Assembly (NCBI RefSeq): GCF_030144855.1
Contig: NC_082730.1
Location: 20,026,001-20,090,000 of the forward strand
Source: Hypanus sabinus
Lineage: Eukaryota
Direction: 5' to 3'
DNA length: 64,000 bases
A program made the translations under genes and the position numbers. Shown one piece after another: positions 63,111 to 64,000 of the stretch. A model generated the notes under the pieces. That model saw only the letters and a list, made by a program, of their open reading frames with translations. It did not search any database and had not been told where the DNA came from. Every line of letters starts with the position of its first letter. The stretch's first letter is position 1.

Positions 63111-63326
63111 TGCTCCTTGATATCCCTGTTACTATTCAGAAGAGCCTCAGCCCAAAATGCCGACTGTTTATCCCCCCTCCATAGATGTTGCCTGACCTGC
63201 TGAACTCCTCCAGCGTCTTGTGTGTGTTACTCAAAATTGATAGCATCTACAGAATCTCTTGTGTTTCAGAACATCCTTCCAAGCTAACACCATAAGTAAT
63301 GAAAACAATGCGATTACTTTCTGTAC

Positions 63327-63466
63327 AGCAAGCCAGGCAGCATCTATAGGGAGAAGCGCGGTCCACGTTTCGGGCCGAGACGCTTCGTCAGGACTGGCCT
63401 GCTGTGTTCCACCAGCATTTTGTGTGTGTTGTTGTTTGAATTTCCAGCATCTGCAGATTTCCTCGT
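63327..63466. mobile_element. young Penelope-derived insertion with inversion
   Basis: gattactttctgtac repeated at 63312-63326 and 63467-63481. Confidence 0.85.
63359..63396 (-). ncRNA. minimal hammerhead motif with mutated (GUG) cleavage triplet
   Basis: cagtc-CTGACGA-agcgtctcggccc-GAAA-cgtg-gaccg. Confidence 0.6.
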
Positions 63467-63729
63467 GATTACTTTCTGTACTTTTTTCGTTGAACATTTG
63501 CTAAAACCAATGACATGTAGCATAACAACAAAGAATAGACATGCAAATAGATCGACAATTTGCATTTTGGTTAAAAAAAAGACTTTAAGGTGGTAAGTCC
63601 ACAAAAAAGGCCTCACAAGCCTGGTGTAAAATAAAATTTGAGTGAGCTAATAATTAGGTGGCAGGGTGGAGATATGTCTCTATCAAAGGAGGTGAAGAGT
63701 GAACCTTCTCTCTGATAGCCTTCACGTCA

Positions 63730-64000
63730 CCCTTGAGTAAGGTGTAGCACCTGTTTAACTCACCCTTCTGATCAGGGTCACTTGAAGCCATGGGAGCGGG
63801 TAGTGGAAGGTCATATGAGCTCTGGTGCATATTACAAACCTGGTTATGCGACCACAGATGACAGGCAGACAATCTCTGAAGAGTATTGATAATGTCTGGG
63901 GTCACCCGTCTTGTAAGAAGAAGATGACACTGTCAAACCACTACTGTAGAAAAAATTGCCAAGAAAAATCATGGTCACGGAAAGAGCACGATTGCCTATA
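63730..64000 (+). mobile_element. RTE-tailed SINE-like element
   Basis: caaaccactactgtagaaaaaattgccaagaaaaatcatggtc resembles RTE/Bov-A-type 3' ends. Confidence 0.5.

Noticed and set aside
1-64000. CRISPR arrays or prokaryotic/viral systems
   Set aside because: No regularly spaced repeat-spacer structure, operons or long viral ORFs; the recurring motifs are dispersed vertebrate transposons.

Overview
Vertebrate nuclear DNA. The repeat content (HE1/V-SINEs, SacSINE1-like DeuSINEs, HER1/CR1, Rex-Babar, Penelope) points to a cartilaginous fish, probably a ray. The only host protein-coding gene I can support is the 5' part of NUAK2 (AMPK-related kinase) on the minus strand: coding exon 1 at 27281-27060 in a CpG island, a 21.3 kb intron 1, and exon 2 at 5732-5612. 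The canonical exon 3 is not in the window. The ~36 kb upstream has no recognisable gene and is densely filled with nested, decayed transposons. Most interesting observations: (1) a family of Penelope-derived elements carrying minimal hammerhead ribozyme motifs, with one apparently intact copy at 40553-40590, palindromic mini-elements and a young TSD-flanked inverted insertion; (2) a CpG-rich 152-nt cryptic exon in NUAK2 intron 2 with the length and phases I recall for canonical exon 3; (3) three uORFs in the NUAK2 leader plus a possible TATA-driven upstream non-coding exon that would splice past them; (4) candidate NF-kB, tandem TEAD and convergent CTCF sites. Repeat family names are by recognition, not database search, and repeat boundaries are approximate.
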